64,000 nucleotides of DNA, taken from contig OZ316892.1 in NCBI GenBank assembly GCA_973895155.1, positions 11,410,238-11,474,237 on the forward strand, given 5' to 3'. The notes under the pieces were generated by a model that saw only the letters and a list, made by a program, of their open reading frames with translations, searched no databases and was not told the DNA's origin. Source of the stretch: Marsupella aquatica. Lineage: Eukaryota; Plantae; Marchantiophyta. This document shows, in pieces, positions 1 through 12,636 of the stretch. Made by a program: the position numbers and the translations under genes. Every line of letters starts with the position of its first letter. The stretch's first letter is position 1.

Positions 1-870
1 AAAAAATTCTTGAATATAGCGTGCCATTGCACAAAAGACTGGCTATGACAACCACAAAAGTATAACAAAATGAGAGGTGCTTTTTTCCTATTTTTTTCCT
101 TTTTAACCTTTTTCCTCTTCTGTTCCTTTTAAACCTTAACCTCCCCCTTTTCCCCATTTCCCCATTTTTGGTCTTCTCTTTTTCTCACTCACCATCACTC
201 CACTCGCTCAACTTCCCCCTCCCCACCCATGCGAGACTGGAGCCCTTTGAGGGGCTGCCATACATTGCAAATGTGCCCCTCGCCCGACACCCTGCCATCA
301 ATAACGCCCGTGCCATGCACTTCACTATGTCTTCGGGCCTTATTACTTTTGTTTTTTGGCATTGAAAATAACTGTAAAAATTACTAGAAATATTGGGAGA
401 ACAGTTTTTTATTGATTAGTGTATGCAATGCTTTTAGTGACTAAAGTATTATTAGCAATTCAACTCCTCTTACCAGTATTATACAAAACTTATTTGTATA
501 CTTACAATACTTAGTTGCATGTGATTATGTACAATCCTTCTTTGCATGAATCATGGAATGAGTATCCTCCTTGATCCTCGTGCATTGATCCTAGTGCATT
601 GTGATAAAGTCTTTCACTATTTTTGTGTTTTGTGTGATTATTTCTTGCTTGTCTTGGACAATGGTGCAACTTTTTGTGAGTCACACTAAACTCAATTCAC
701 ACTTTGGCTTTATAACTTATCTTTGACCAGATTTTTAAATTTTTTTCCCTACAAATTTGAATGACAAACACTCTAAAAAGTGGCGCAACTGTGTATTATA
801 GGAGTTAATATAATGAATTAAAAGGGCAACCAAAAGTGACATGCGACAACCATAATGGATTGTAAGGTCA

Positions 871-1056
871 TGCAGAAATCCAAATTGATGAGACCATAGT
901 AATTAGGTCTTCCTGATTTTGGCACCACAGGTTATCACGAAGATTGGCATATAGCAATTATGTTGCAAAAATCCAAATTGATGAGACCATAGTGATTAGG
1001 TCTTCCTGATTTTGGCACCACAGGTCATCACTAAGATTGGCATAAAGCAATTATGT
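871..1056. repeat. Two-copy tandem repeat, about 93-bp unit
   Basis: AAATCCAAATTGATGAGACCATAGT...GCAATTATGTT starts at about 876 and again at about 969 with few mismatches. Confidence 0.85.
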
Positions 1057-2832
1057 TAACGCACCACTATCACTCATCAAGCCTGGTAATACCAAGTTAC
1101 TTGTGAATAGTCAAAAATCTATTTATGAAGGTGAAAATTTGAGTAACTCTGGGCTACTATGTGTTTTCAGTGAAACTAAGACAACCATTCTCAAGAAATG
1201 CATATTCATAGTGGCAAAAGTGATTCTAACCCTTCAACAGCTGCAAAGTCTGAAATTGTCTGGGGTTACCCCACCCTCTTCTTGTAGGTCTACCCACTTC
1301 ATGCACATGTGGGAAGCCTTGTGATGTCACACCATATCTTGTTTGTTGCAGTTTGGGAGGTGAAACCATAGTTGCCCGCATAGTTGTTCATGATGCTATT
1401 AGAGATGTTATTTTCTCAGGTTCTGTCTGAGTCTTTAGTACACGTGCGAGGGAGATGATGCTTGAGCTACCGGGTCCTCCACCCGAGCCTCCACCACAGC
1501 ATTCACGGGTTGATCTAACCATGGTCGGTGATGGTCGGCATACTTTGGCGGATGTTGTGGTATGAACTCTTTGCGTCAGGACCTCATAGAGTTAGCAGTG
1601 GCAACGGCAAGAGCAGCGGCATCCGAGTGGCCACGACAAAGGAGCCAAAATATGTCACTCAAGCTTCATCGGATTCCTTTCTCCCCCTTGCTATTGAGAT
1701 TTTGGGCATCTTCATCATCAGTTTGATGGGCTTCTTCGACAGGCTGCTTGTGCTATTCATGAACGGATGGGTCCCTCCGGATCCCCACTATCCATCTTGA
1801 CCATGCACTTTTGTCAGCGCATTTCAGTGGCCTTACAGTGTGCCCAAGCTTGCGTCATTTATTGTCGACCCCTCACAATGGGCGCCATCGTGCCTCCGAT
1901 CCACAAAAGCTAGCCCCCCTAGAGGACATTCCTGTCCCACTTGCTGATTTAGTTAAGACATTGGATGTGGCCTTTTAGCTCTTCTCACTTTTTCCAATGT
2001 GGACACTAGTCCTTGAGTTCGCATTCATGCAGTTTGACACTCTTCCCTTTATTTTCTTCAGTTTTTAGGTTTGCACTTGGTGTTAGTCCTCTTTGGCCCT
2101 CTTTTTCTTTGGACCACGTTTTCTTTCCTTTCATTGTACTTTGCTTTTTTCCTGGTTCATAAACTTTTGTGGTTTATTCTTATTCTTTTAAGATCATATG
2201 TTAGAATTATCAAGGCAACCCAAAGGTTTACAACGTTATGGCCAGATGCTACTCTTTTATCCAAATAGTCAAGGTGCCCTGCATGATCTTTACCACCATG
2301 ACAAGTATAATTGGAGTGCACGAGGAACAAGACTTAAAGTCAACGATAAAGGAGCCCACAATATCCGTTTCAGAATGGGGTAGAGTTGATTGAGGTTGGC
2401 TTTACAAGAAATTCAGAGAGATATCCTTCTTGGAAGAAGAAGTGGCCCTCCAATTTGCTTTGGTGAAGTCAAAAAGTGTACTCTACTTCTTGTAAAGCCG
2501 CCCTGAGTAGCATATGCCATTGTTTTGTTGCAAAGGTAGAAGCCAACGTTTGCTTAAGTGGCCAAAATTGGCTAGATTCCACCTGTGTGCGTGAAAACTG
2601 TCAAACTTTTGGCAAAAGTTTTGTGGTTTTCTTTCCATTAGCCAGCTTCCCACCTAGCCACAGACCCCATCAGCCAGAATCTGATGGTTAACCTTACATC
2701 TAGGGAGATCTGATGGTCAGAATATGGATGTAGAAAATTCTTTTTCACACAAGCCAGGTGACACCAGACACATTGACAAAAATCAAAACCTTAAAAATTA
2801 GGTTGGTATACAGACTCTAATGTGAGAATGAC

Positions 2833-3153
2833 GAGGGATATGCTCAATAGACCCCCTCGAGGAGAAACTTTACTTGATCAGCCCCCTCCAAACTTTTTTG
2901 CCCCAATCAGCCCCATCATTATGGCCCGTACCTTTTCTCCCGTGTAAAGGCCTTACTGCACAGTTGGGAGCCATGCCACCACGCAGGGTCGCCTCCCACA
3001 GTCGACCACGCGACTCCGCTGCAGTCGGGCTGCCACTATGTGGTTTTGCGTTCTCGCACTATGGTCCCTTATGAGCATGAATACGTCATGGTCTATGTCT
3101 TCAACAAAATTTCTGTTTTAGGGCGCACATTGTCGGGGCGGTTTAGGGTCAAG
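2833..3153 (+). repeat. Left TIR of MULE (about 321 bp)
   Basis: Reverse complement of 18499-18841. The ORF track shows near-identical translations for 2874..3074(+) and 18580..18834(-). Confidence 0.93.
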
Positions 3154-3597
3154 CGCGCAGTAATCAGGCAACCGGACCTCATAATTAGAAGTCAAAATTG
3201 GGCATTTGCCCATCCACGCCGCCACGATCAACATTAGGGTTATGTTACACGAATGCGAATACATTGACATGATTGTATTCTATTTGTAAACTGATCTCCG
3301 CATTTTTAATATCCTCCCATCCCGACTTTTGTCCATGCTTGATAACAAGTACACTCAACTTTCCACGAGGCGCACGGCGCACGCACCTGCCACCATCTAT
3401 TGCACAGGAAAATAAGGTACTACTGTGCAAATGTTAGAATGTGTAAACTGAAGGCACAAACAATGTCAGGAAATGACATCAGTTCATGGGCTGCAGAGCC
3501 CTTTTGCATGTGGCTTAGTAAATGTTTTTGAGTTTTATGTTAAATGGACATGACTAACCTCTGCACAGTACTCATATGCACATTGAAGTACAGGATC

Positions 3598-6500
3598 ATG
3601 GCAGATGATGTAAGTGACATCAATCTTTGGCGTCGAGGGGATGTCTGTGAGGTGGACATTCCCGATTCTGACAGGCAATCACCACAAAGAGCAAGGCGGG
3701 GAACAACACAAAGACATCTGGAAAATCTGGAATCAATCCTGGATGGGAAGAGTCCCGAAGAAGGTGAATCTACTGTGCTTCAAGTTAGTATAAATTGGAG
3801 GATTTGTTTGGCTTAAGTATGAAGTTGCTCCCGTATGAATCATAAGTTTTGCACTGTTGAAGTTGTTGCACCCATAGACGTTCTTCATTATGTATTCTAC
3901 AATGCTCTTGGCAGTGGAAGCAGAGGAGGCTCGCATTCATCTGGGCGAGCGTTTTAGCAATTTTGATGAATTTGATAGATGTTTGGACTCATGGGCTGTG
4001 ATGCATGGCCGAGTAGTGTATAGACTTAAAACCTCCCCCAATTTTTGAACAAGGGTTTGCCAATTTAGTATGACTGCTCATCGACATGAAAGGAAGTCAA
4101 GTGGTGACATCAGACCTGGGCCAGACAGTTATGAATGTAGTGATAGTTCAGAAGATGAAGATTCACTGTATATCCATGAATTGGATGATGAAGATGAACA
4201 TGAATTAGATTGGCACTATAACAGTCGTCACGGTGAGTACAGTGGGTTCCGTGACAGAGGAATGACATCCAAACCAAGGGGGACATGAAGGACACACAAT
4301 GCTTATGTAGAACCATTATTGACAACGGAAGAGGTAAAGCTTTTCAAGAGTCCATACCTATATCATTGTGGTTTTTTTGAAGGGTTAGAAATGTAATACT
4401 TGTCACTCTATGTTTTGATGCATGGTATGTTTGTGCTGCCATTGCAGATGGAAGACCGTGAGTTTCAAATTGCTATTCAACAGATGGCAGGATCAACAAA
4501 CCAGTCTGGAGCAATCGTTCTCACAAATGCTCCACATGTATACCTCAACTGGAATGTCTTCTTTGCATTTTACCATCAATGTTTTGTATACGACATCATG
4601 AGTGTCTTCTATGTTTCATATAAACATCCCCATTGTGGTGTGTATTTTGTATACAATGACACCACTGTCTTCTGTGTTTCCATATACAATAACATGAATA
4701 TGTTATGTGTGGATTGCAATAGGAGGTTCATGCACCCCTTGGACCTCTGGATCCAAACTGTCGAGGAACACAACGATGGCAAAAAAACCATGCACAGTAG
4801 TGCAACATAGCAGTGTGTGGCTACCTGGGTCACATGCCCCTGGCACGATAAAAGTCAGGAAGATTTCTACCACAGGAGTATGCGGGGAGTTTTCCTCTCA
4901 TCTCTCTTGATGCATGTCATACAAAGAACAGGAAGTACCCCACTCAACTTTTCTTAGCTACGTGTTTGGATGGAAATGGCCAAGGATTGATTCTATGTTA
5001 CGCAGTAGCTCCAGTTGAGAACACAGATAATTGGATCTGGTTTTTGGAATTGGTAGATAGATCACTGTACGGCATTGAATTGCCTCACATGCCACTCATA
5101 TCAGACCGACAGAAAGGTCTACTTGTCGTTGTGAGTTACGTGTGGCCAGGTAAGATACATGCAGCATGTGCAAACCACCTGAGAGCTAATGTCAAGAACA
5201 GGCATGGCAAAGCAGCAGCAGATATTTTTACAGGATGCATATATGCCAACAATGAAAGACAGTAAGTCCAAAAACCTTCATTGCTTTGATTCTACATACA
5301 TTTGTCTTCTTATGTATACACCGCATACTCAGTGTTCAATACAGTAATATTACCTCTCCTCAAATACAGAATGTGAAGTACATATCACTCACGCAAATGT
5401 TTTCTTTGTGTATGACATGATTGTATACATTAACATCAATGTTTTCCCTGTGCACCTGTATCAGATTTGAAGCATGTTTGAAGCGACTGGCAGAGTCCGT
5501 CAAGGCACATGAGAATGCAAATGCTGTAGACTACATCAGAAGTTTTGATGCACAACTTTATGCCAAGCTGCATGCCTTTCCACTTCCCCGCATGGCAAAG
5601 GTTACAAGCAACCTTGCTGAGCAAGCAAATTCAGGCTTACTCCCCTTGCGCAAATTTGCTCCTTGCAAGTTGATGGAGCGCATGTGGGTATATGTTCAGC
5701 AAAAGTTTAAAGAAAGGAAAGCAATTGCGTTGGCGAGACAGGAAGTACTCACTATTCTAGCCCTGGTCAGGTACAACAAGAATCTCAAGATGTTTGGTCA
5801 ATGGCAGGTAATCTTCATGCCTGGTCTTGTGTATGCATTACTAGCTACGTGTTCTGTATATACTGTAACATCAATGTCTTCTTAATAGCTCGGTGTTGAA
5901 TTAAAATACACTAGTATGGCCCAGAGAGGCATGACTTTGTGGTAGCTCACTTGAATTGAGACTGATAGGTCTTGGGTTCAACTGTTGTGACTAACACTTC
6001 CCAACTATTGTGGTTGACTCTTCCCTTTCTGTGGGGTTTCACAGATTTCCCCTTTAGAAAAAAAATAAAAATAAAAAATAAAAATACACTAGTATGAATG
6101 TATTCTTTATTTGAATAGTTTTGTAATTATATCCAAGTTTTCATATGCTCAGGTGTTTGATGATGGTGCGTCCACAGCCAAGGTTCAAACTACATCCCAA
6201 AGTGAGGAGTATCTAGTGTCACTGTCACCAAAGAAATGTTGCACTTGTTGGGAGCTGCAAGAGATGGTGTGGCCATGTGAGCATATAATGGCTTGGGATG
6301 ACTAGGAAGGCAGAAATTTTTCTGCTCATTTTCACAAATGTTGGCGGACTGCTTCAATTAGGGCTTTGTATGACAATGTTTTACCTAGCTTTATTGTATC
6401 AGACTTAATGCCAAGTCCAAATTGTGTTGCTCCTGTGGCTGCTATGAAAAGGGGTAGACATAGAATGGTCCGCATCGAACAGGGTTGTGGAGGGAGGCAT

Positions 6501-7163
6501 CCACCTAGGGCTCTTGGAGAAGGCGAAGAATCAGTGATTGACTACCTTGGAGAACTATTCTTGAGATATCCACTAGATGATGATCCAAACAAGGTGGAAC
6601 CCTTTTCAACAGCAAACACTATTGCTGGACTTCCAATTGTTCAAGTTAAATCGAGGGCAAAGAAAGCGGGGCCTAACACTGGGAAGTGCAGGTGCAATAA
6701 GTGTGGGCAGGTTGGACATAACCGAAGATCTTGTGATAAAGTCCATAGTGTGACGCCAACAAATCCGGCAAGAGTAAGGATTCCAACATTAACAGTCTTC
6801 TTACAAGTATATATCATTACTTGTGGGCTTCATGCATGTGTGGTCTCATGCTAGGGACAAATTTTAAAGTTGCCTTCATATGCAAGTGGATAATGGTGAT
6901 GCAGTCAATTTGGAGCACCCACCTGTGTCACCCTTTCCTTGGAAGACCAACTACTACAGACTGAATATAGTATTGAATCGACAGCACCAATAGCAGGCAC
7001 AAGACCAATCCAGAGCATTGTACCTCAGCCCGTTCTCCTAAATAGTGAACAACAATTGCCACAAGCTTTCATTGATAGGTGCATGGAATTGGCCAATGAG
7101 GCTGCAATAGAGTGTCAGGGATTTGGGTCACAATATCATGTTGATATTACTGAACCTTACTAG
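3598..7163 (+). pseudogene. MuDR/mudrA-type transposase, multi-exon, inactivated by nonsense mutations and frameshifts
   Basis: N-terminal MuDR DNA-binding region (LGERFSNFDEF...WAV), catalytic motifs ISLDACH / ISDRQKGL / CANH / SNLAEQAN, SWIM finger CTCWELQEMVWPCEH and zinc knuckle CNKCGQVGHNRRSC. GT-AG introns. In-frame stops at 4046, 4286 and 6303, with frame disruption near 4.8 kb. Exon borders are approximate. Confidence 0.88.
5919..6080 (+). mobile_element. tRNA-derived SINE inserted in a transposase intron
   Basis: 16-bp TSD AAAATACACTAGTATG (5903-5918 and 6081-6096), A-box-like TGGTAGCTCACTTG, B-box-like GGGTTCAACTG and an A-rich tail. A second copy is at about 38958. Confidence 0.85.
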
Positions 7164-7644
7164 TTACTTTATTACTGAACTTTGGTTGTGCATCAAAACA
7201 TACTCTTGTCATTTTTTTCCACCATTATTCTCTAATGAATACAACATATTCATGTTGTCTTCCCTTTTATCTTCCATCCTTGCACTTGAAGACAGCGACC
7301 ATGTTGTCTTCTTAACTTCCTTCATTGATATTGAAGACATTGACCATAATGTCTTCAAATTTGAATCTACTTCCACAATGATATTGGCGCGTGGGACCAT
7401 TGGTCGATATAGAGTGTTCCATGGAGAATGTGCGCATTTGCGAGCGGACTAAAGCGGAGTCTTTGAAGTCGTCCACATGAGTGACAACAAAGGGAGGAGG
7501 TATTAGGAGACCAGTGTAGTAGAGGACGGACAGGACAGCACTATAGCGCCAGAGAGAGAGGTCTGAGTAGATTGTGCAGCGCCGAGAGCGCCAGGGACAG
7601 GAGAGCGACAACGACAGCACCAAGGACAAGATTGCCATTTGGCA

Positions 7645-8376
7645 ATGGCAAAGTTCAATGAAAGCAGTGTTGGTTTTGTAATTTAGTTGTTTTGGGCATT
7701 GGGGTTTGCCATATGGACCGTATTTGCAGGTTTGAGTGCACTACTCTTCTTCCTCCATCGCAAGTTGGAACGGATTTTGTGTTTGTCTTCAATGTGGAAT
7801 CGAGATGGGCTGCCTCCCCTTGCTCAAAGTACAGTGCCATCAAAATCAGAGGGTCACGATTCCCCTGTAGTGGTTGTTGTTGGGCCACCAAAACTTGTAT
7901 CGGCTCGGCGCTAGGGTGCTAATGCAGGTCCATCTTCGTCAGCCTCACAAGCACAATTGGTTGACGTTGCGCAAACTCAGCCTGCCACAAGGGTGAAATT
8001 ACAATCACAGACTTTCTCCTCTCGCTCTAAGTCAATTGCTCTTCCATACAATTGTGATCTAGGCTCTACCTCAAAGAAAAAATGGTATGCCATTGCTAGG
8101 GGGCGCAGTCCTGGAATATATCGTACTTGGGAGGAGACAGAATGTCAGGTGAGCGGATTCAGTGGAGCTAGTCACAAGTCTTTTAAGTCCCATTCTGAGG
8201 CAGAGGCATGGCTTCAACGACAATTCAATGCAATGGGTGCACAATGGAGGGCTCCTATCAAAGCAGATGGTCATAGAGTTAATGTTGAGTTGCTTGGAGT
8301 AGATGAGTCTGGGCATGAAGTATTTAGGTGCACCTGTTGTGGGGAAGTATTTTGTAGCAATGAGCTCTTGACTTAG
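7645..8376 (+). pseudogene. MULE accessory gene: N-terminal hydrophobic helix + RNase H1 N-terminal (Cauli_VI-like, hybrid-binding) domain + C-terminal Cys cluster, with two in-frame TAG stops
   Basis: ATG 7645 and ORFs 7687..7914 and 7957..8376 share one frame, broken by TAG at 7684 and 7912. KWYAIARGRSPGIYRTWEETECQVSGFSGASHKSFKSHSEAEAWL fits the RNase H1 N-terminal domain pattern. LFWALGFAIWTVFAGLSALLFFL is a likely TM helix. No RNase H catalytic domain follows. Confidence 0.8.
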
Positions 8377-8569
8377 TTTACACCACAGTGGTAACAAGTT
8401 CAAATAATAGCTCACAGGAAGTAGCAATTGCAATTTTGCTTCAGTTGCAGACATTGAAGTCTGCAACAGCATTGTACTCCAACAATTTTGATTATACAAA
8501 TTTTGAAACTGTTTTGCAGTTCTCACGTGCATCTTGTGTGAAACCACTAGTGTTGGCCATTTACATACC

Positions 8570-9228
8570 CCCGCTCAAATGGCTTCTTGAAGCAGAATAT
8601 CTTGTCGTTGGCAAAATGGCTAAGTGTGGTATGAAGACAATATGGACAATGTCTTCCAAAACCCACAACATCCACCATTTACCCTTGCTCAAATGGCTTC
8701 TTGAAGCAAAATATCCTGTCGTTGGAAAAATGGCTAAGTGTGGTGCAAAGACAATATGGACAATGTCTTCCAAAACCCACAACATCCACCATTTACCCTT
8801 GCTCAAATGGCTTCTTGAAGCAAAATATCCTGTCATTGGAAAAATGGCTAAGTGTGGTGCGAAGACAATATGGACAATGTCTTCCAAAACCCACAACATC
8901 CACCATTTACCCCTGCTCAAATGGCTTCTTGAAGCAAAATATCCTGTCATTGGCAAAATGGCTAAGTGCAAAGACAATATGGACAATGTCTTCCAAAACC
9001 CACAACATCCACCATTTACCCCTGCTCAAATGGCTTCTTGAAGCAAAATATCCTATTGTTGGAAAAATGGCTAAGTGTGGTGCGAAGACAATATGGACAA
9101 TGTCTTCCAAAACCCACAACATCCACCATTTACCCCTGCTCAAATGGCTTCTTGAAGCAAAATATCATGTCGTTGGAAAAATGGCTAAGTGTGGTGCGAA
9201 GACAATGTGAACAATGTCTTCCAAAACT
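8570..9228. repeat. Tandem array, 114-bp unit, about 5.7 copies, between convergent MULE genes
   Basis: CTCAAATGGCTTCTTGAAGC recurs at about 8574, 8688, 8802, 8916, 9025 and 9139. One unit has a 5-bp deletion. Confidence 0.95.
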
Positions 9229-9495
9229 GAAGGTGCAAACTGAAGGTAGTATCCAGCAGAATGAATAACTTTTATACATCAGAACATAGTGAATGCAACT
9301 TGCTTTTTATTCATAAATGTTTCCAGTACAAGTTGCAAGTTGAGTTGTGACCTTGCAGTGTAGATGTATCATGGACCTCCTTGCCTTCCAGTGAAGCTAC
9401 ATTGTATCTGAAGCTACCTCAAGCTACATTGCATCTAAAGACCACTGAAGCTACCACAAAAATGGCTTAGTACCACACGGGAAGGGCGTCCACGC

Positions 9496-12400
9496 TCAGT
9501 CAGCATATTGGGAAGGGTGCAAGAGTTGGTCAATAACCTCCCTGAATGTATCTTGTGAAGCAATCATTTGGGAGTCATGCAAAAGTTGTGATGGCCCAAA
9601 TGTGTCTACATTGTCACCATCACCTAGTGGGATTTCATGCAAGGGAGTTGGTCGAGTAGAAGGTGCACCTCTTCCTCTCCCTTGCCCCTCCCCTCTACTT
9701 GTCGAGCTTTTACTTCGCTTTTGCTTGCCTCTCAGTGCTCTATCTTCAACTTCTGATGTTGCTAAGTCATCATCTTCAGGGTGCAAAAACAAAACTTTTG
9801 TTTTGGGGTTGACTGCCAATAGAGGAACAACCTGCAATGCCTGGCTCATACCCTTGCTTGATTTAGAGGCCTCCTTCCTCTTCCTTGAGACAGGAACAAG
9901 TACTAAGGACAAAGCAACTCCTCCTTGTGGTACCTACAACCCACAAAGACATTAGAATACATGGACAAAGAGGTATTCACATTCCACAATGAAGCAGAGG
10001 AATTTTGCTGTTGCACCCTTAGGCATACCTATGAGGAGTTCGTAGCCGGTGCAGGGCCTGGTGTTGGCACTGGTATAGGGGCTGGTGCTTCTGCTGGTCT
10101 TGGTGTAGGGGCATGTGCTAGTGGTGGTCCAGGGATATCGGCAGGTGCACGTGTTGGTGTTGTTACAGGGGCAGGGGCTGAGTGTTCATTTGTTGGGATA
10201 GGGGTTGGGGTAGGTGCAAGGGATTGCTCCACCAAATTTCCCTTTCCTTTTCGCCTTTTGCTTGCTTTTTCCCGTTGTTGCCCTTCCTACAATCCAAAGC
10301 AACATCAAAAGACATTGACAAAGAGGTATTCACATTACTCAACAATTGGACGTCGCTGATGAGAAGGAATTCAATTATGTGGCCTAAGACACAAAGGCGT
10401 ACCTTGGAGGGGATGGTTGCTGGTACTGGGATTGCTAGTGCCACTGGTGCTGAGGACATTGCTGACACATCCCTTCCCCTTTGTCTTCCTCCCTACAATG
10501 AACAAAATTATTAATTGACATAGAAGACAGTGAGGGTTGTGTATTCACTCCTTGCAAAGCAGTTTGATAAGGAAATTAGCCTGGTACATGAAGACATACC
10601 TGGGAGGGGTTGCTTGTCGGTGCCGGTGCTGCTGCTGGTTTTGGGGGCACCGCTGATACACCCCTTCCCCTTCTACTTCCTCTCTACAATGGAGAATATT
10701 ATTAACTGACTTGAATACACCGAGGGTTGTGTATTTAACCCCTGCAAAGTAATATGGATAGAAAGGAATGTGGCCTTGTACAAGAAGGCAAACCAGGCTG
10801 ACCTATATCAAATTTCTTTCCCGTGCACGGGCTAGAATGAAGAAATTGCAGTGCACGCAAAAGACAATTAGGGTGATGTATTCAAACTTCCAAGTAAGTG
10901 CTTTTGAGACTTACAATCTGTGGTGTGAGGGCTGGTGCTGGTGATTCCACTGCTGCAACCCCTCCAGGAGCCCTTTCGCTTCGTCTCTAGAATGAAGACA
11001 TTGCAGTGCACACCAAAGACAATGAGGCAGATGTATTCAGACATTGAAAAGCATTGCAAACAAATGTTTTTACCAAAAACACAAAGGCAAACCTGGGAGT
11101 GAAAAGACATTGGGGTTGAAGTATGAAGGCTAGATTGCAATTGCATGACTTCCAAGTAAGCACTTCTGAGACTTACAATCCGTGGTACGAGGGTTGGTGC
11201 TGGTGATTCCACTGCTACAACCCCTCCACTTGCCCTTCCGCTCCCGTCTCTAGAATGAAGAAATGCAGTGCACGGCAAAGACAATGAGGCAGTTGTATTC
11301 AGACATTGCAAAGCATTGCAAACATATGTTTTTACAAAAAACACAAAGGCAAACCTGGAAGGGGTTTGCTGACATTGGAGGGGATGGTGCTGCTTTTTGT
11401 ACTGGGGATGGGGACTCCAGTGGTACACCCCTTCCCCTTCGTCTTTGTCCCTACAATATATGAAATGAATGCTTAGGGGAGTGAAAAGACATTGGGGTTT
11501 AAGTATTCAGACTAGATTGCAATTGAATGACTTCCAAGTTTGCACTTTAGAGACTTACAATCTGTGGTGCAGGGGCTGGTGGTGGTGGTCGTGCTGCTGC
11601 TATATATTGGTACCGACTCTAATAGTACAATCTGTGGTGCAATGGCTGGTGGTGCTGGTGCAAGTGGTGGTAAGGACTTTGAGACTAATATACACGGTAC
11701 AAGGGCTGGTGCTGTTGCTGCGACTGGCGCTATGAAGTCTGGGAGTAGAGTCTCTGGTGTAGGGGTTGGTGATGCTACGAACTCTGAGATAGTCTCTGAT
11801 ACTACTCCTTCCTGCAATGAACACAAGGAGCATCCAAATACAATGAGGCTCATGTATTCACAATTTGCAAAGAATTTCCAAAAGTAATTGAAGCAAAGAA
11901 ACAAAGACTGACCTGGAGGGGATAGCCGTCCTCTCCCTCTCCATAGGCGTAAAGAATATTTTGGAGGCTTGAAACCAAGTGACACTGTTGTGAAAAGTTG
12001 AGTCCTTGTTCATGAACATCCTGAATAGGATTTTCAATGGGATTCTGAACAGGATGGTCAATAGGATCCTGAATAGGATCATGAATAGGATCATGAATAG
12101 GATGCTCAATAAGATGGTCTAAATCTTCAACATGAGAAGGATTCTGATGATTATTGTCTTCATCATCCTGAACAGGATGGTCAATAGGATCCTGAACAGG
12201 ATGGTCAATAAGATCCTGAACAGGATGGTCAATAAGATGGTCTAAATCCTCAACATGAGAAGGATTATGATGATCATTGTCTTCATCATCCTGAACATGA
12301 GAAGGAACCTCAATAGGATCTTGTACAAGAAGCGGGTCCTCAACTGAAGTATTGAGGACATGTTCAGATACAACGTTTGGCTCATTTGGCTGTTGATCAG

Positions 12401-12613
12401 CATCATTTAGCAACAGACCCCACTTCTCACGCCCAGGCTCATAATCGCTATTGTCAGACGTGTCCTCCCACTCTTCATTTAGTCCAGCCTGCACATGGTT
12501 CAGAAAATATGATGAGAATGTACAAACAATAAGCAAAGATTGCAAGAAGTAAAATAAGAAGGTCATACCTCTATTCGTGCAGCTTCAGTGGTCATGCCCC
12601 GACCTTTGTATTC
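9496..12613 (-). pseudogene. MULE accessory gene convergent with the transposase (mudrB-like position), built from repeated RG-rich/Pro-rich exons, 5' end truncated by a CACTA fragment
   Basis: About 9-10 GT-AG-bounded exons (e.g. 12569-12613, about 11913-12489, 11355-11451, 10599-10684, 10403-10493, 10029-10286, 9496-9933). Several start G/R-G/Q-R/S-x-R-G-R-G/D followed by Pro/Ala tracts, and the introns resemble each other. No recognisable domain. Confidence 0.62.
12020..12300 (-). repeat. Coding minisatellite (12-bp DPID/HPVQ units within a larger duplication of about 120 bp)
   Basis: Repeated GAACAGGATGGTCAATAGGATCCT-type units translate as HPVQDPID and VQDDEDNxHxNPSHVEDLDHLI repeats. 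Confidence 0.85.
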
Positions 12614-12636
12614 CTGCAGCAAATTGTTAGTGGCTG

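Noticed and set aside
1440-2550. Possible LINE ORF1 remnant
   Set aside because: The composition is suggestive, but no intact motif, tail or TSD could be identified.
8388-9268. Long ORFs with 38-aa repeats on both strands, and a CRISPR-like appearance
   Set aside because: They result from a 114-bp (3n) tandem unit that is open in several frames and broken by a 5-bp deletion. There are no unique spacers or cas genes, and the context is eukaryotic.
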